64,000 nucleotides of DNA, taken from contig OZ218964.1 of the NCBI GenBank assembly GCA_965112735.1, forward strand, positions 1,426,001 through 1,490,000. The letters run 5' to 3'. This document shows positions 32,694-48,238 of the stretch, piece by piece. Position numbers and translations under genes: made by a program. The stretch is from Phaeosaccion multiseriatum (lineage: Eukaryota > Protista > Ochrophyta, other classes). A model generated the notes under the pieces. The model saw only the letters and a list, made by a program, of their open reading frames with translations, ran no database searches and was not told where the DNA came from. Each line of letters starts with the position of its first letter. Within the stretch, counting starts at the first letter, position 1.

Positions 32694-35142
32694 TCACTGT
32701 ACAGTGCCCTTCCACACTCCTGCCCGCAAGCCATGGAGGAGCCTTTTCCCAGCCCCCACGGCCCCCCGCCGCGCTCCAACGGGCCCCCTCTCCGCCCCGG
32801 CCCGCGCCCCCGGGCTGCTGGTGCTGCTGCTGCTGCTACTCATGGTGCTACTCATGGTGCTACTCATGGTGCTACTCATGGTGCTGACGGGACTGTCGCC
32901 GTGCTGCAGCAGCCTCTGCCGGAGAATCCTCTGTGTGGAGAGCGCGGGCAGCGGGTACACCACCCCCTTCTCCAACACGCTGTTGTAGTGGCTCTGTCCG
33001 TGATAGCTCAGGTTAACCCGTGCCTCCGCCCCGCCCCCCCCGCCCGCCGCCTCCGCCGCCCCTTGGCCCAGCCCTGACATACCGTCTTGCCGCCCCCGCG
33101 CCCCTCCCCCCTCCGCCTCCGCTCCCTTCGATCCTTCAAAGTCCATCTTCATAGGTCGAACGTCGATGTCACACGTCCGCGCCTCCACCTCATCCTCCTC
33201 CTCTTCCAGCTCCCTCTGATCCTCCTCCTCCTCCTCCTCCAGCAGCGACATGTTATGGCCATGCCCTCCTCCTCCTCCTCCTCCTCCACCTCCTCCTCCT
33301 CCTACTGGTGGGGAGAAGATCTGAATGTGCCGATCAAACACTTCCTCTATCGCTCGAATCTCCACGTCGTCCCCCCAGGTGCCCTGTTGCCGGATTCTCT
33401 TGATGTAAACGTCAAAATCCTCCGCCACAAACACGCTAAAACGCTCCCGATGCTTCACCATGTGGTCTGCGCACCTCTTCCGTACCTCTCGGTGTTTGCC
33501 CGGCCCCAACAATTGGTGACTCACAGCTCTGAAACAAAGGTAAAAGGGGAATGGAGTAAAGGGTAAAGGCGCGCGCGGGGGAGGGATGGAGGGGGGGAAG
33601 GAGCACGAGCTGCGGTGAGTATTGAGCAAAAGCACGTGACTGACGTGGAGAATAAGTTTGCTCCTTCTTCTATGCACTTGCTGCAGCTCTTCCACCGACC
33701 GACAGCGCGTGGGAGCGCATGTAAAGAGCAAACTACCTACACCTCCCTCCCTCCATCCCTACAAACTCTCCACAGACATACACACATACGCACACAGGCA
33801 ACACAAACACTCCTCACCTGAAGAGGCAGTTACCATCCGACTCCATCTCTACCACCTCGAGCCCCTTGCGCCCCATGGCTAGGCGGAAACGGGAGTCCGG
33901 AGACACAAAGGAGCTGGAGTGGCGAGGCTCCTGCCGCAGCTGGCCAAAGGGCTGGGCTGAAGACAGAGCAGTGCTGCTGCTCCTGCTGCTACTCCTGTTG
34001 CTGCCGCTGCTCCTGCTGCTGCTGCCACTGTCTCTTCTGCCACTGCTGCTCCTGCGACTGCTACTCCTGCCACTCCTGCTACTGCTGCTCCTACTTCCCT
34101 TTGTGCCGCCGCTGCGGTGGTGGCCCCTTGTTTCGTAGGAGGAAGAGGTGTACATGCGGGAGACGCCTTGCTGCTGGTGGTGGTGCCGGTGGTGGTCGTG
34201 GTGCTCTTCGCTCGGGTAAGTAAAGTCACGAGTTCGCCCCGTCTGCGAGAGGTGCTGCCGCTCCCACTGATGATGATGCTGATGAGGGATGAACCCCCGG
34301 CTACTGCCTGCACGTGGCCCCCTTGTGTCGTTTCGCAACGCCTTGAGCTCTACGCTGGACCGCAAACGGTGCCTGTTCCGGCCCACAGACACCCACTCGT
34401 TCCACTTCGGCGGCCAATTAATGTAGTGCACCAACACGGATGCGAGCTCCTTCTCCCCCCTCTCCCCCACCCCCCTGCTGGACTTGTTGCGGGGAGCGTA
34501 CTTTAGCTCCATCACCTTTGCCAGTCGCCATTTGCTGAGCGGCTTACCCGATTTTGGGCCATTGTAAAAGTCAAGACACATGATTTCATCACCCACTCGG
34601 AACTCATGTACAGTGCTTGTCCTCACCCTCCGCCCACCGCCGCTTGGCTGCTGTACCACCAACTGCTGTTCCTGCTGCTGCTGCTCCTGCTTCTGCCGCT
34701 CCTGCTGCTGCTCCTGCTTCTGCCGCTCCTCCTGCTGCTCCTGCTGATGCTGCTGCTCCTGCTGATGCTGCGGCTGCTGCTCCTGCTGATGCTGCGGCTG
34801 CTGCTCCAGTTGGCCACTGCTACCCCTCGAAACGGAATACCCTTCGCCTACTGGACACGGAGATGGCAGGGACGGAGGCGCCGTAGACACCTGAGAGGAC
34901 GAGGGCGAGTCTGGCTTGCACGGGGGCCGTTCCGTAGACACTTCAAGTCCGCCAGAAGAAGCAACGCGCGAAACTGTCGCCGGCGGCGGTAGTCCTGACA
35001 TTGCCGCTGGCGCTTGTGCTGGTGCTTCTGCTGCTGCTGCTGCTGATGATGATGCTGTTGATGCCGGTGGTGGTGTGGCTGCTTCTGGTGGTGGTGCCGC
35101 TGTTCCTGCTTGTGGTGCTTCGGTTGGTGGCGCTGCTACTTC

Positions 35143-35183
<41 letters not shown>

Positions 35184-36510
35184 GTGGCCCCTCCGCCACA
35201 AAGGCAAAGTCCGCCCTGCTGCGCTCCAGGATTTCGGGAAGGTCGTCGAGAGCGGTGCCCTGCTTAACCTCCTTGGCAGTGAGGGCTCCTTGCCTGGTTA
35301 GCCTCCTCCACCCATCCCGCTCCTCCAGGAGACTGAGCCTCACATCGTACTTAGAGCTCCAGCCGTGAAAGTGCACCAGCGCAGTAACGCTCTGCACGAG
35401 GCCGACGTCACCGCCTGCCGAGCTCCCCTCATCCTCGGAGTCCTCCTCATGCTCTCCATTCTTCCCCCTCCCCTCCTCACCGCCTCGTCCTCCTCCCCTG
35501 AGCAACGACGGGAAAACCGGCGGCTGCTCCTGCTGCTCCTCCTCCTCCTCCTCCTCCTCCTGCTGCTGCTGCTGCTGCTGTTGCTGCTGCTCCCGGCCTT
35601 TAATCTCCACCTCCAAAATGGTTGCCTCTCTCCACCTGGCCAGAACCTCTTTCGAATTCCTATTGATGAATATGTCCCGACACAGCACCGGCACCTGTGT
35701 CAAAGCACTCGCCTTGGCAGCCAGGGACAGGTTGTGAAGGGTATCACCTCGACGAGCGGCATCCATAACGGTGCGCTGCTCACATCTTTCATCACCCCCA
35801 CCGTGGTTCTTCGTCTGCTGCTCCTCCTCACCCCTCTCTTCCCCTCCCTCTCGTTGCTGCTGCTCTTGCTGCTGCGGCAATGACGGTTGCGCTGGCGCTG
35901 GCGGCGAGGGCTTGCCTCCTCCTGCCAGCTTCTCTGTGGTCGCTGGGGCGTCTTCTGCTGCTTCCACAACGCCTCCTTGTTGTCCACCATCGAAACTCTT
36001 CTCCGCACCCTCACACGCACCCAACACGCTCCTCCGCTCTCCGTCCACATCTGCTGCCTCAGGACATTTGTTGGGGATGGTGGAGGCGGTGAAGGACGAA
36101 ACAGAGGGGGGGGAGGCGTCTGTCTCACTCCCGAAGGAGGAGTACGCGCTGGATGCCGCAGTCCCACCCTGGCCCACTTCGTCCTCTTCCTCGTCAACAT
36201 GACCCTCAAGACCTCCTTCTTGCCTCCATTCGCCGCCAAACACGGGTCTTGTCTCTCTGCTGACGTCCGCGACAGGTGCAAAGGGTCGAGCAATTGGCGA
36301 GTCTGGCTTCTGAGCGCGCTTCTTCCTCCAAGGAAGACAAACGAAATCCACCCCGCCAGCACTTCCTCCACGCAACCCAGTCTCGTTTTTTGGGTTCCTC
36401 TCGTCACCGCCGCTGCTCCTCCTGGACATTCTCCCCCCATCCAGACTGGACCTCCTTCCGACGAGCGACAAGCTGAACCTCCGGGGGGGGGGAGGCTTTG
36501 CCCCCTCCAT
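32694..36510 (-). CDS. OTU-family deubiquitinase (OTUD5-like) with two N-terminal chromo-barrel/Tudor-knot-like domains
   Basis: DGNCLFR|AVSHQL, WGDDVEIRAIEEV, LSYHGQSHYNSV (Cys/His catalytic motifs). Upstream LVHFHGWSSKYD and VLVHYINWPPKWNEWV. One intron at about 33531-33818. Confidence 0.9.
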
Positions 36511-36976
36511 CTTTGGGAAAGGACGCGGACCTTGCTCACCACCGTGATAGGTCAGTGGGAAGGGAGGCAGGTTGATTTAATTGCAAGGCCGAAAAACAAC
36601 TTTGCGAGAGCCGCCCCAAGCAGTAGCAACACGCATTGAATCAAAGATGTGAGGACAACAAGTGCGGGAGTTGCTTGTTTTTGATGAAAGGCGAAGCGAC
36701 CAAGAAGCAACTCCCCCGGAAGCAAGGGGGCGAAATTTCAGTTTACTTCCCCTCCTTTTGAGAGGGGCCTAATTCTCCTCCGATTTATCACCCCGACAGA
36801 AAAGAGAAGTCCGCTTTTAGACTGACGGTATCCTACGGGAATAGCGGCACAGTGCATCTGGAAGCCTGCTTCCTCTCTCTCTCTCTCCCCCTCCTCTCCC
36901 TCTCTTCTCTCTTGACTCTTGACCTACTGCTCTACGATCTGCTCTGCCCCTCCTCCTGTCCTTCCTCCTCGCCTCC

Positions 36977-39321
<2,345 letters not shown>

Positions 39322-39529
39322 CCCTCTACGTCACAGTCAGTAGTAGAGAACCGCACCACAACATGCAGCACACAGCCTGATGCGGCGTAAGGAAGACGCG
39401 CAATTGGGCGGAGAGATTCGTCACAAAGAAAAAAGTAAGTTATGTCAACGATTGATCATCAACGATTTTTCTCGGCGGTTGAGATGGTGTGAATCATAAA
39501 CAAAACAAACAACAACAACCTTTAACCCA

Positions 39530-41268
39530 ATGAGGTCATGGTGGGAGACGGTATCCCCTCCGAGGCGACGGCCAAAGAAACCAAGAACAAATCAGGAAGC
39601 AGCTGGCGGGCCTTTCGCGCGCAGACCGTTGAAGCTCTCCCAGGAGCAGCACCAGGAGCAGAAGCGGGAGCGGTGGCAACAGCACGAGGAGGTGAGGCAA
39701 CAGCAGCAGGACGCGAGCTATGACGCCGCCGCGAAGGATCCTGCTTTCCTTGCCTTCGCGTCGCAGGCGTTGCTCTCCAAGCAAAAAGAGCGGCAGGGTG
39801 ACGACCAGGTGGACGCGGTGCTCCGAAGAGAGGTCCCTGAATGGCGCAAGGTCTCCCCGACGATCAAGGGGAGGTTGCAGAGCCAGGTACGCAAGGAGAA
39901 CAGCGTAATTGCCTCTTTGCTTCCTAGTCTTCGACGCTACATCTACTATGAGTTCACTCACGCACATGCTCGCTTCCGTCGTCGCTCATACTCCACAGGT
40001 TACCCGCGACCACCAGGCGCTACTGCAGCTGCTCAGAGACGGCCGGAAACTGCGGGTCGTGGAGAAGGCGATTGGAGCTGCCCAGAGAGACATACGTGAC
40101 CTCCGCGAGGAGCTGGCCAAGGTGAGGAGTTGGGGATGCCAGGGGCGATTTCCTTTCCTACCCCCTTTCCGTGGCCTTATGGCACTTAAAACTACGTCTT
40201 AACCCGGCCACAGGCTTTAAAACTTGGCTGCAACGCCTGGCCGCCACTTTGACATTAGCGTCTCTGCTGCCTTGGCATCTTGCCTCGTCCTCAAAACTCC
40301 CATTCGGCCCTACCTCGCCTCTCTACTACACCACAGAGGCTGGACCATGGCAGTGGCAAGGCACGCACCGCCCAGACCTCTCGCATGGCCATCCTGCGCG
40401 ACTCGCTTCCCTCCGATGACGTGACTCACTACGCCAATGCACTCGACAGCAGCCTCACCACTCTCGCCACCACGGCAGTCAGGAGCAGCGTGACCATCGG
40501 AGCTCTAAGGGAGGCCTTTGAGAAGGAGACTTTGGGCGGGTCCTCCTCGCCTCACTGTGTGTGGGTCAAGGCCTCGGCCTTTCTTGGTAGTCGTGCTACT
40601 GCTACTGCTACTGCTACTGCTACTGCTACTGCTGGATCTTCCTCCGCAGCGCCTGCTACGGCGGAGGCAGGATCACCGGCACTAGCACTAGCACCACCAG
40701 CAGCAGCAGCAGCAGCACCAGTGGCAGAAGCTGTGGGTAAGGTGAAGCTCATCACGTGCGAGCGCTTCATACACATGTGCCAACAGGCTTTCGGCACAGA
40801 AACAGCGATGGGAGGCTCTCCCGTCAGACCCTACATGGGCCGTGGGCCACAGTCGGGGGGAGGTGGGGCTAGCAACAGTAGTGGTCCCTCGCTTCTCACT
40901 ACCGCAAAGGCCATAGTGGAAAGAGAGGCCTTTTCGTCCGCCCTCCAAAAAGTGCTCACTCATTTAGACGGAGATGGGAAGGGCAACGTGTCCCCGGGGG
41001 AGTTCCTCCTCTTGCTGGGCTTTTACATCCCTGAAGGTGAGGGAGTGAGGGGCAGCTACGACGGATTACCGACACACACACACAAGACAGCGAGCCGTGC
41101 CTGTCTGCTGTGCATGTGTCATCTTGTTAGTCCTGCCGTGCGTCCCCCTCCACATGTTGGTTCTTCTTGTGTTGTTTGGAAAATGTAGCACCGTTTCCGA
41201 TGTGCTCTTCATGTCCATCTTTTTGCCTGGCACACAGTGTTCTCTCTATCTTTCTGCCTCTCCCTCTC

Positions 41269-41316
<48 letters not shown>

Positions 41317-42704
41317 TCTCTCTCTCTCTCCCTTGTGCTTACCTTTCATCGGCCCCCTCGTCCCTCCCCTCCTCACTCAACTCCAGTCTCGCTGGAGTGC
41401 ACTCTGCATCGGAAGGAGGGCGCTTTGGTCAAGGTCCGGGAGGAGGCCCGGCTCATCAGGAGTGGAATCCGTATGCAACACAAGCCGAAGCAGGGTGACG
41501 CTGAGAGCGAGGCCGGAGCAGTGCTTGTCCTCTCCCCCCCTGCCGGCGCTGCTGCTACTACAGTTGCTAAAGGTGCTACTGCTACGATTACTGCTGCTGC
41601 TGCTGCTGCTCCCAAGGAAGACGCTCTCCCCTTTTCTGGCGAAGACCCCTTCTCCCTTCTCAAAATGGCATCCACCCTGCGTCCGTCACGACCCGGAGCC
41701 GCCGGGATACGCGCGGCGTGGATGGACGGGATAGGCTTACGCGACCACTCCGACTTGCCCGCAGAGGGGGAGGATGACGTTGCGGAGGGGGAGGAGGCCG
41801 CCGCCGTCGGAGAGGAGGCGTGGAGGGTGGCACTGGGGAATCTACGGTTGCTGAGCGTGGGCTGGAACCGCCTTGTGCGAATGCCCACCCCTCCTACCCA
41901 GTTTGGGGGTCTCTCGCTCCTGGGGCCCAATCTGCAGGTGCTGCGTCTGACGCACAATAGGCTGACACACCTGCCTGCAGATGTCGGCCTACACCTGCGG
42001 GTTCTGAGAGAGCTGGACGCCTCTTCCAATCGCCTCGTCATGCTGCCCCGGACGCTGTCTCTGCTGTCGGAGCTGCGGGTACTGCTGCTGGACGAGAACA
42101 GGCTTGGCCTTGGAGGAGGCATGCCGGATGCTTGCTTCGGAGGCCCGGGGCACAGGGAGGAGGAGGAGGAGGAGGAGGGGGAGGGGGAGGAGAGACACCT
42201 CACCAGACGAACAGCAGCGTGCCATGATCGAGGGGCCTCCCTCCCTCTGTTGCGGCACCTCTCTTGCCGCCGGAACGACCTCACGTCGCTACCGCCCTCA
42301 CTTTACCGCCTCCCCTCGCTTGAGGTCTTGTGTGTGGACCACAACGAGCTTACTGAGCTGCTGTCAGAGGAGCCCTTGAGTATGCCCCCCCATCAGGAGC
42401 AGGCAACCGCCCCGCCCCACGGCAGGGCAGCGAGAAGTAGTAGTAATAGGGGGAGTAGTGGTTATAGCAGATCTGAGGTGGGGGGGACGAAAGAGAGTGT
42501 CGTAACGCCGCCGCTGAGGATGAGTCGCCTCAAGGTGCTGCGAGCAAGTCACAACAAGCTGCGGGGGGGCGGCGGGGGCTTATTCCAGCTATTCCCAGGA
42601 CAGGAGCAGGAGCCCTTGGTGATACAGCAGGCCCACAGCAGCAGGGGTGCGAGTAGTACGAGGAAGGCCGGCCACAGAAACGGTGCCAGTGGCAGCAGCA
42701 GCAA

Positions 42705-42748
<44 letters not shown>

Positions 42749-44200
42749 AGTCCAAGGGCGACAGCTGCTGTCGACGGTTTCCGCTCCTGGCTGTGTTGGA
42801 CCTGTCTCACAACGAGCTGCAGAGCCTCGGCACCATCTTTTGTGGTAGTGGTGGCCCTGTAGCCCCCCGGGGGAGAGGCGGCATGCCTGTTGCTGGTATG
42901 CCTTCTCTTACGAGCCTTTCTCTAGCGAGTAACCGATTGACGGACCTGCCTGCAGATGTCGGGTGGGGGTGGGTGGGAGGAGGAGGAGGAGCAGCAGCAG
43001 CAGCAGCAGGAGGAGGAGGAGGAGGAGGAGGAGGAAGAGAGGCACAACGAGGGTCAGAAGCAGGAGCAAGAGCAGGAGAAGGAGAAGGCTGCTGCCCCTT
43101 ACCGCAGCTCAGTGCGCTCGTGCTGAGGCACAACGCCATAAAGCGCCTACCCTCGTCCTTCCAACTGCTCCACAACTTACGCGCTCTGGATCTCTCCAGG
43201 AACGCGCTGGGGCAGCAGCAGCAGCACCACCACCACCACCACCCGTTGGTGATACAGCAGCGCGATGACGCTAGCCCTGGCACTGCCTACGTCGAGGCCG
43301 CCACTACCGCTAGTACGAGTACCAGTGCTACTGCAGGGCTGGAGTGGCTGCCGTCCTCGCTCGTCTCCCTCGATTTGAGCGGCAACGACGCTCTCGCTCG
43401 ACTGCCTGAGGCCCTCGGTCTTCGCCTCTCTCGCCTTGTGGAGCTCAAGCTGAGTGGCCTGGGGCGGCTTAGGGAACCGCCTCGCAGTCTCTGGAGGCTG
43501 CGTCGATTGAGAACTTTGGCCATGCCTCAGCAGGCTCTCCATACGACTGCTGCTGCCGCTGTTGCTGCTACTACTTCTGTGGCTAATACGGGAGGGGGGA
43601 AATCAACGGCAATCTCCTTGCCTGATCACGTAGGGCACCGGCAGGGAGCAGGAGCAGAAGGGGAAGGAGGACCACAGCAGCAGCATGCCAGCAGTGGTCT
43701 GCTGAAAGGGCTTGGCTCCGCGCTCGAGAGGAAGGCCTGGCTCAGCCCAGTGGAACGCCTGGCGTGGGACGTAAGTGGAGTGGAGTTAAGAAAGAGGAGT
43801 GCCCGGGCCGATTGCTTAGCCCCGCCGTCCCTCCCTCCGTCTCCCTCCTTCCCTCCCTCCCTCCCTCCCTCCGTCTCCCTCCCTCCCTCCCTCCCTCCCT
43901 CCCTCCCTCCCTCCCTCCCTCCCTCCCTCCCTCCCTCCCTCCCTCCCTCCCTCCCTCCCTCCCTCCATCCCTCCCTCCCTCCCTCCCTCTCTCCGTCCCT
44001 CCCTCCCTCCCCTTTCCCTCGCTGCGCTGCACTCACAGGCGGTGAACAGGCTCGTATCCTCAGCAGCGAAGGCTCCTCCCCCTGCCTCTGGGGTGACTTG
44101 GTCGGAGCTCCTCTCCAAGCTCGGAGGCTTCGGGGCCACTGCCGGACAGGACAGGGACGATGTGGACAACAACTATAGCAGCAGCAGCAGTAGCAGCAGC

Positions 44201-44298
<98 letters not shown>

Positions 44299-45077
44299 GA
44301 AGGAGGATGGACAGGGGGGTGGCGATGGTCTTTGTAGCAACGCCATGTTTGGTAACAAGACCTTGGTGGTGCGGCCTGCCGTGCGCAGTCTGCTTCTCCA
44401 CCTCTACCATAACTTTACCGCGCTCAGCGCTCGGCTCAACGTCATGGTGAGGGAGAGAGAGAGAGTGGGAGAGAAGAGACAGAGGGAGAGTGAGAAACTC
44501 GGAGCTGCTTGGGGGGCTTCATTCCACAGATACGGCATTGAGGAGGAGGAGGTAGAAAAGGGAAGACTCATCCTCCCTCTCTCCCTCCCTCCCTCCCTCT
44601 CTTGTGCCGCCTTCCCACCCTTATCCTCTCCTCAGGCGGGCGGCGCTGCCTTCCTCACCAAGCCCCACCACCTTCCTCTTGAAGCGATGATGCGCTCCTT
44701 CCAAGCCCTCTCCGCCCTCCACGTGGGCGCATCCGTGACTCCGAATGATGTGCTGTCCCTCGCTGTCCTCGCGCAGCAGACACGGCTCATGTCCACGCAG
44801 GCTGAGGGGCAAGATGAAAACGGCACCAACGGCACCAGAGGAGGAGGAGGAGGAGGAGAAGGAGGAGGAGGCACATCCACCGCTGCTTCTGCTGCTGTAT
44901 CACCAACTGCTGCGATGAGCACCCCGACCGCAAGCAGTCCGGCGGTGCCACCCACGCTCCACCCCCTTCAATACGCCACTGACGCCCTTGCCTCCGACCC
45001 CGAGGTGGACTATCTCCAATTGCTGAGGGTCGTGGCGCTGCTCGGAGGGGCAGCTCACGGAAGCAACAGCTGGCAGT

Positions 45078-45162
<85 letters not shown>

Positions 45163-45383
45163 CGTGTGTGTGTGTTTGACTCTTTGGTCTCTGCATCTGC
45201 GGTTGAGTGAGTGGCAAAACGAAACGGTCGTTCCCATCAGACTTTTGCCATCGAATGAGAGAGTTGGGCAGAGGTGCTTGGAGATTGAATACTGAGTACC
45301 AAACCACACACACCCACACTCACACCCACATCCACACACAAACACACGAACACACACACACACAAACACACACACACAAACAC

Positions 45384-45424
<41 letters not shown>

Positions 45425-45628
45425 TACTCACACTCACATAGGTACCAAGGGAAGGGTACAACCGCTGAGTTGTGTCGTCGCTGGGCGTATTGGCGGTCCA
45501 TCGAGAAGTGGTGGAGGGGTGTGGAGACCAACGGCCTGCCTGACCACTGGACACAGCCCACCGCCGGAGAGAGAGGAGGAGGAGGCACACAGCGACCGGT
45601 CAGCGTTCTGCAGCTGCCGAAGAGGAAC

Positions 45629-45669
<41 letters not shown>

Positions 45670-46991
45670 GTTGGTGGTGCAGCAGGGTAGGCAGGAGCGA
45701 GGGAGAAGAGGCAGTAGGAGAGGCAGCACGAGGAGGAGGAGGAGCAGTGTCGACGACGACGAGGAAGGGGAGGATGATGAGGGAGGGGAGAGTGGCGGCA
45801 GTGAAAGCGACGAGTGGTACGATTACCCGAATGATGATGAGGATGATGATGGTGATGGTCATGAGGCACATGCGAAGAAAGCGGGAGACAGAAGGGGAAG
45901 CGACAACAACGACGAGGACGGAGATGAAGAGATGGCAGTGGATGAAGTGGACCTCGTGGCTACTCGGCGCTGGCTGCTGCAAGGGGAGCTGCAGCTTCGA
46001 TCCTTCGTCGCGCAGGAGCGCGGCATCGAGGAGTACGACTTGGAGCCGCTGACGGGCAAGACGGTACGGGTGGTGCCAGGTATGTATGGCAGATGGTACC
46101 CGACGGTCTGGTGCTTTGCTTTTGTTTTGGTTTGCTTCGCTTCGATGATGCGTGGCCTTCCTTCGTCTTTCACTTTCACTCCTTGCTTCTTGCTTGCTTG
46201 AGTGATTGCTTTGCCTTTTGCTTTGCTTCGCTTACTTCCATCGCGGCAGCTGCTGGATGCTTTTCGTTCACCCTTTTGCCCTTTATTTTTTGTCGCTCCC
46301 CTCCCCCCCACCTCTTCTCCCATCCATCCTCTCTCTCCACCGTCGGCAACAACTGCCTGAGCTTAACGTGCCGACTTTCGTGTGTATCCTTCATTCCGGT
46401 CTACAACTACTCTGCAACCGTTTTGCAACAGGTGAGAGGGCCCCCCTGTCTGCCTCCGGTGCCGCGGATGGAGCCTTCAGTAGCGGCAGTGGCAACGGCG
46501 CGAGCGGCAGAGCCAGCTTGAGCACGGACCGAGCATCATCATCAGCAGGAGGAGCAGCAGCAGCAGCAGCAGCAGGAGCAGCAGCGGTAGGAGGAGGGGG
46601 AGGGGGGGCTAGTGCTAGTGCTAGTCGGCGTCGATCTCGCAGAGGCTCGACACAAGGGGCCCACGTGGCCAAGTACATCCCCATCTGTGTACCGGAAACC
46701 AACACCTCCTTCCAAGTCAAAGTGCCTCTGGTGCCCACCAAGGAGGGGGTGGGCCTAAGTCTCCCACTCGACTTCACCGTACTGTCTCTCAAGGAGAGGC
46801 TGCAGGAGGAGAGGGGCGTGCCTCCCGATGCTCAGGTGTTGGTGCTCGGAGGGCAAAAGCTGTTTGATGAGAGGCCGTTACACACCCTCAGCAGCGGGCT
46901 CCGGAAGAAGGACGCACACGTGGACTTGGTCATTGACCACTGGTGTCAAGACGAAAGCAAGCGAAGTGACGAGAGGCGCTTGATGGTTTGA
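39530..46991 (+). CDS. Large (~1,870 aa, 8 exons) EF-hand + leucine-rich repeat protein with C-terminal ubiquitin-like domain
   Basis: Phase-consistent GT-AG splicing across the span. EF loop DGDGKGNVSPGE; about 12 LxxLxLxxNxL repeats; C-terminal TVLSLKERLQEERGVPPDAQVLVLGGQKL (UBL). Confidence 0.78.
44201..44296 (+). repeat. (AAC)32 coding repeat (poly-Asn)
   Basis: Directly visible in the predicted exon 44039-44446. Confidence 0.95.
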
Positions 46992-47200
46992 TGATGACTC
47001 ATCACTCTCGGCGTAGAGTGGCAAGGGCCTGCTCAATGTGGGGTGAGGAGGTGCAACGCTCTCTCTCTCTCTCTTGTGTCCTTTTTTCTCCTCTTCGACG
47101 TAAGGGCTGCGGCTATGCCATACCAGCAGCAGAAGTTGCTGATACAGAAGCCCCGCGTCTAGCCTGCTTTTTTTTAAGAAAAAAAAAGGCACTTACGCCA

Positions 47201-47426
47201 TTGGTACTGACAGATATAGATTTTCTTGTGTGTGTGTGTTGGTACTGACAGATATAGATTTTCTTGTGTGTGTGTGTTGGTACTGACAGATATAGATTTT
47301 CTTGTGTGTGTGTATTGGTACTGACAGATATAGATTTTCTTGTGTGTGTGTATTGGTACTGACAGATATAGATTTTCTTGTGTGTGTGTGTTGGTACTGA
47401 CAGATATAGATTTTCTTGTGTGTGTA
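47201..47426. repeat. Six-copy 38-bp tandem repeat (TTGGTACTGACAGATATAGATTTTCTTGTGTGTGTGT[G/A])
   Basis: Units start at 47201, 47239, 47277, 47315, 47353, 47391; last unit truncated. Confidence 0.97.
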
Positions 47427-48238
47427 TATCTCTCTCTCGCTCGCTCTCTCTCGTCCAGAGCAGCAAAGAAGCGCTGACAGAAGAGACCTGAAGAAGGATC
47501 ACTCCTGCCAACATCAAAGCACTACCCACTGGGGCGCCGCCGCCCTCACCCACACAGGGAGCGGCCGAACGGAATGGCTGTGTGACCGACCGCCAAGTCG
47601 AGCCCGCTCCTCTCTCCTCCCCCCCACCCAACCCTCTTGTCCGAAGGCCATGTCCACTCATGCCCACTCGCTCTCCTGCCCTGCTTCTCCTCGCAGCTCT
47701 CTCCTCGCCCCCCTCTCAGTGCCATTCTTTCACCTCCGTCGCTTCGCCCTCCCTCGCTCCTTCCTCCTGCCCCGCCCCCGCTCCTACCACCCATCGAATC
47801 GATTCCACCACGTGTGCTGCTGCTGCTACTGCTGCCGCCGCTGCCGCTGCCGCTGCTAGACTGTTTTCATTGACTCTCCATACCTTCCATCCATCCATCC
47901 ATCCTCCCCCCCCCCCCCATCTCAACCCCGCCTATGTACTCTTGTTTGTTGTGCGCTCTCTCTGTGTCCTCTTGCACTCACTTACGTGCCACGACCATCG
48001 CCATCATCAGGAGGCCATTCCTTCCTCTCTCTCTCTCGTTCTTCCTTCCTCTCTCTCTCTCGTTCTTCCATCCCATCGAGCTGGTCGGTCTGGCCTGTCA
48101 TTGCTCTCCTTTCCCTTCCCTTTGATCCTCGCACGTGTGTTCGCTCCGTCGCCTCCACCCCACTCCACCCCACCATATCCCAATCCGCCCCCCCCCCCCC
48201 CCTCCCCTCTCCCACTGCCTTCCTCCTCAACCTGCTCA

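Noticed and set aside
47201-47426. Possible CRISPR array (38-bp repeats)
   Set aside because: Head-to-tail units with no spacers, no cas genes, eukaryotic context.
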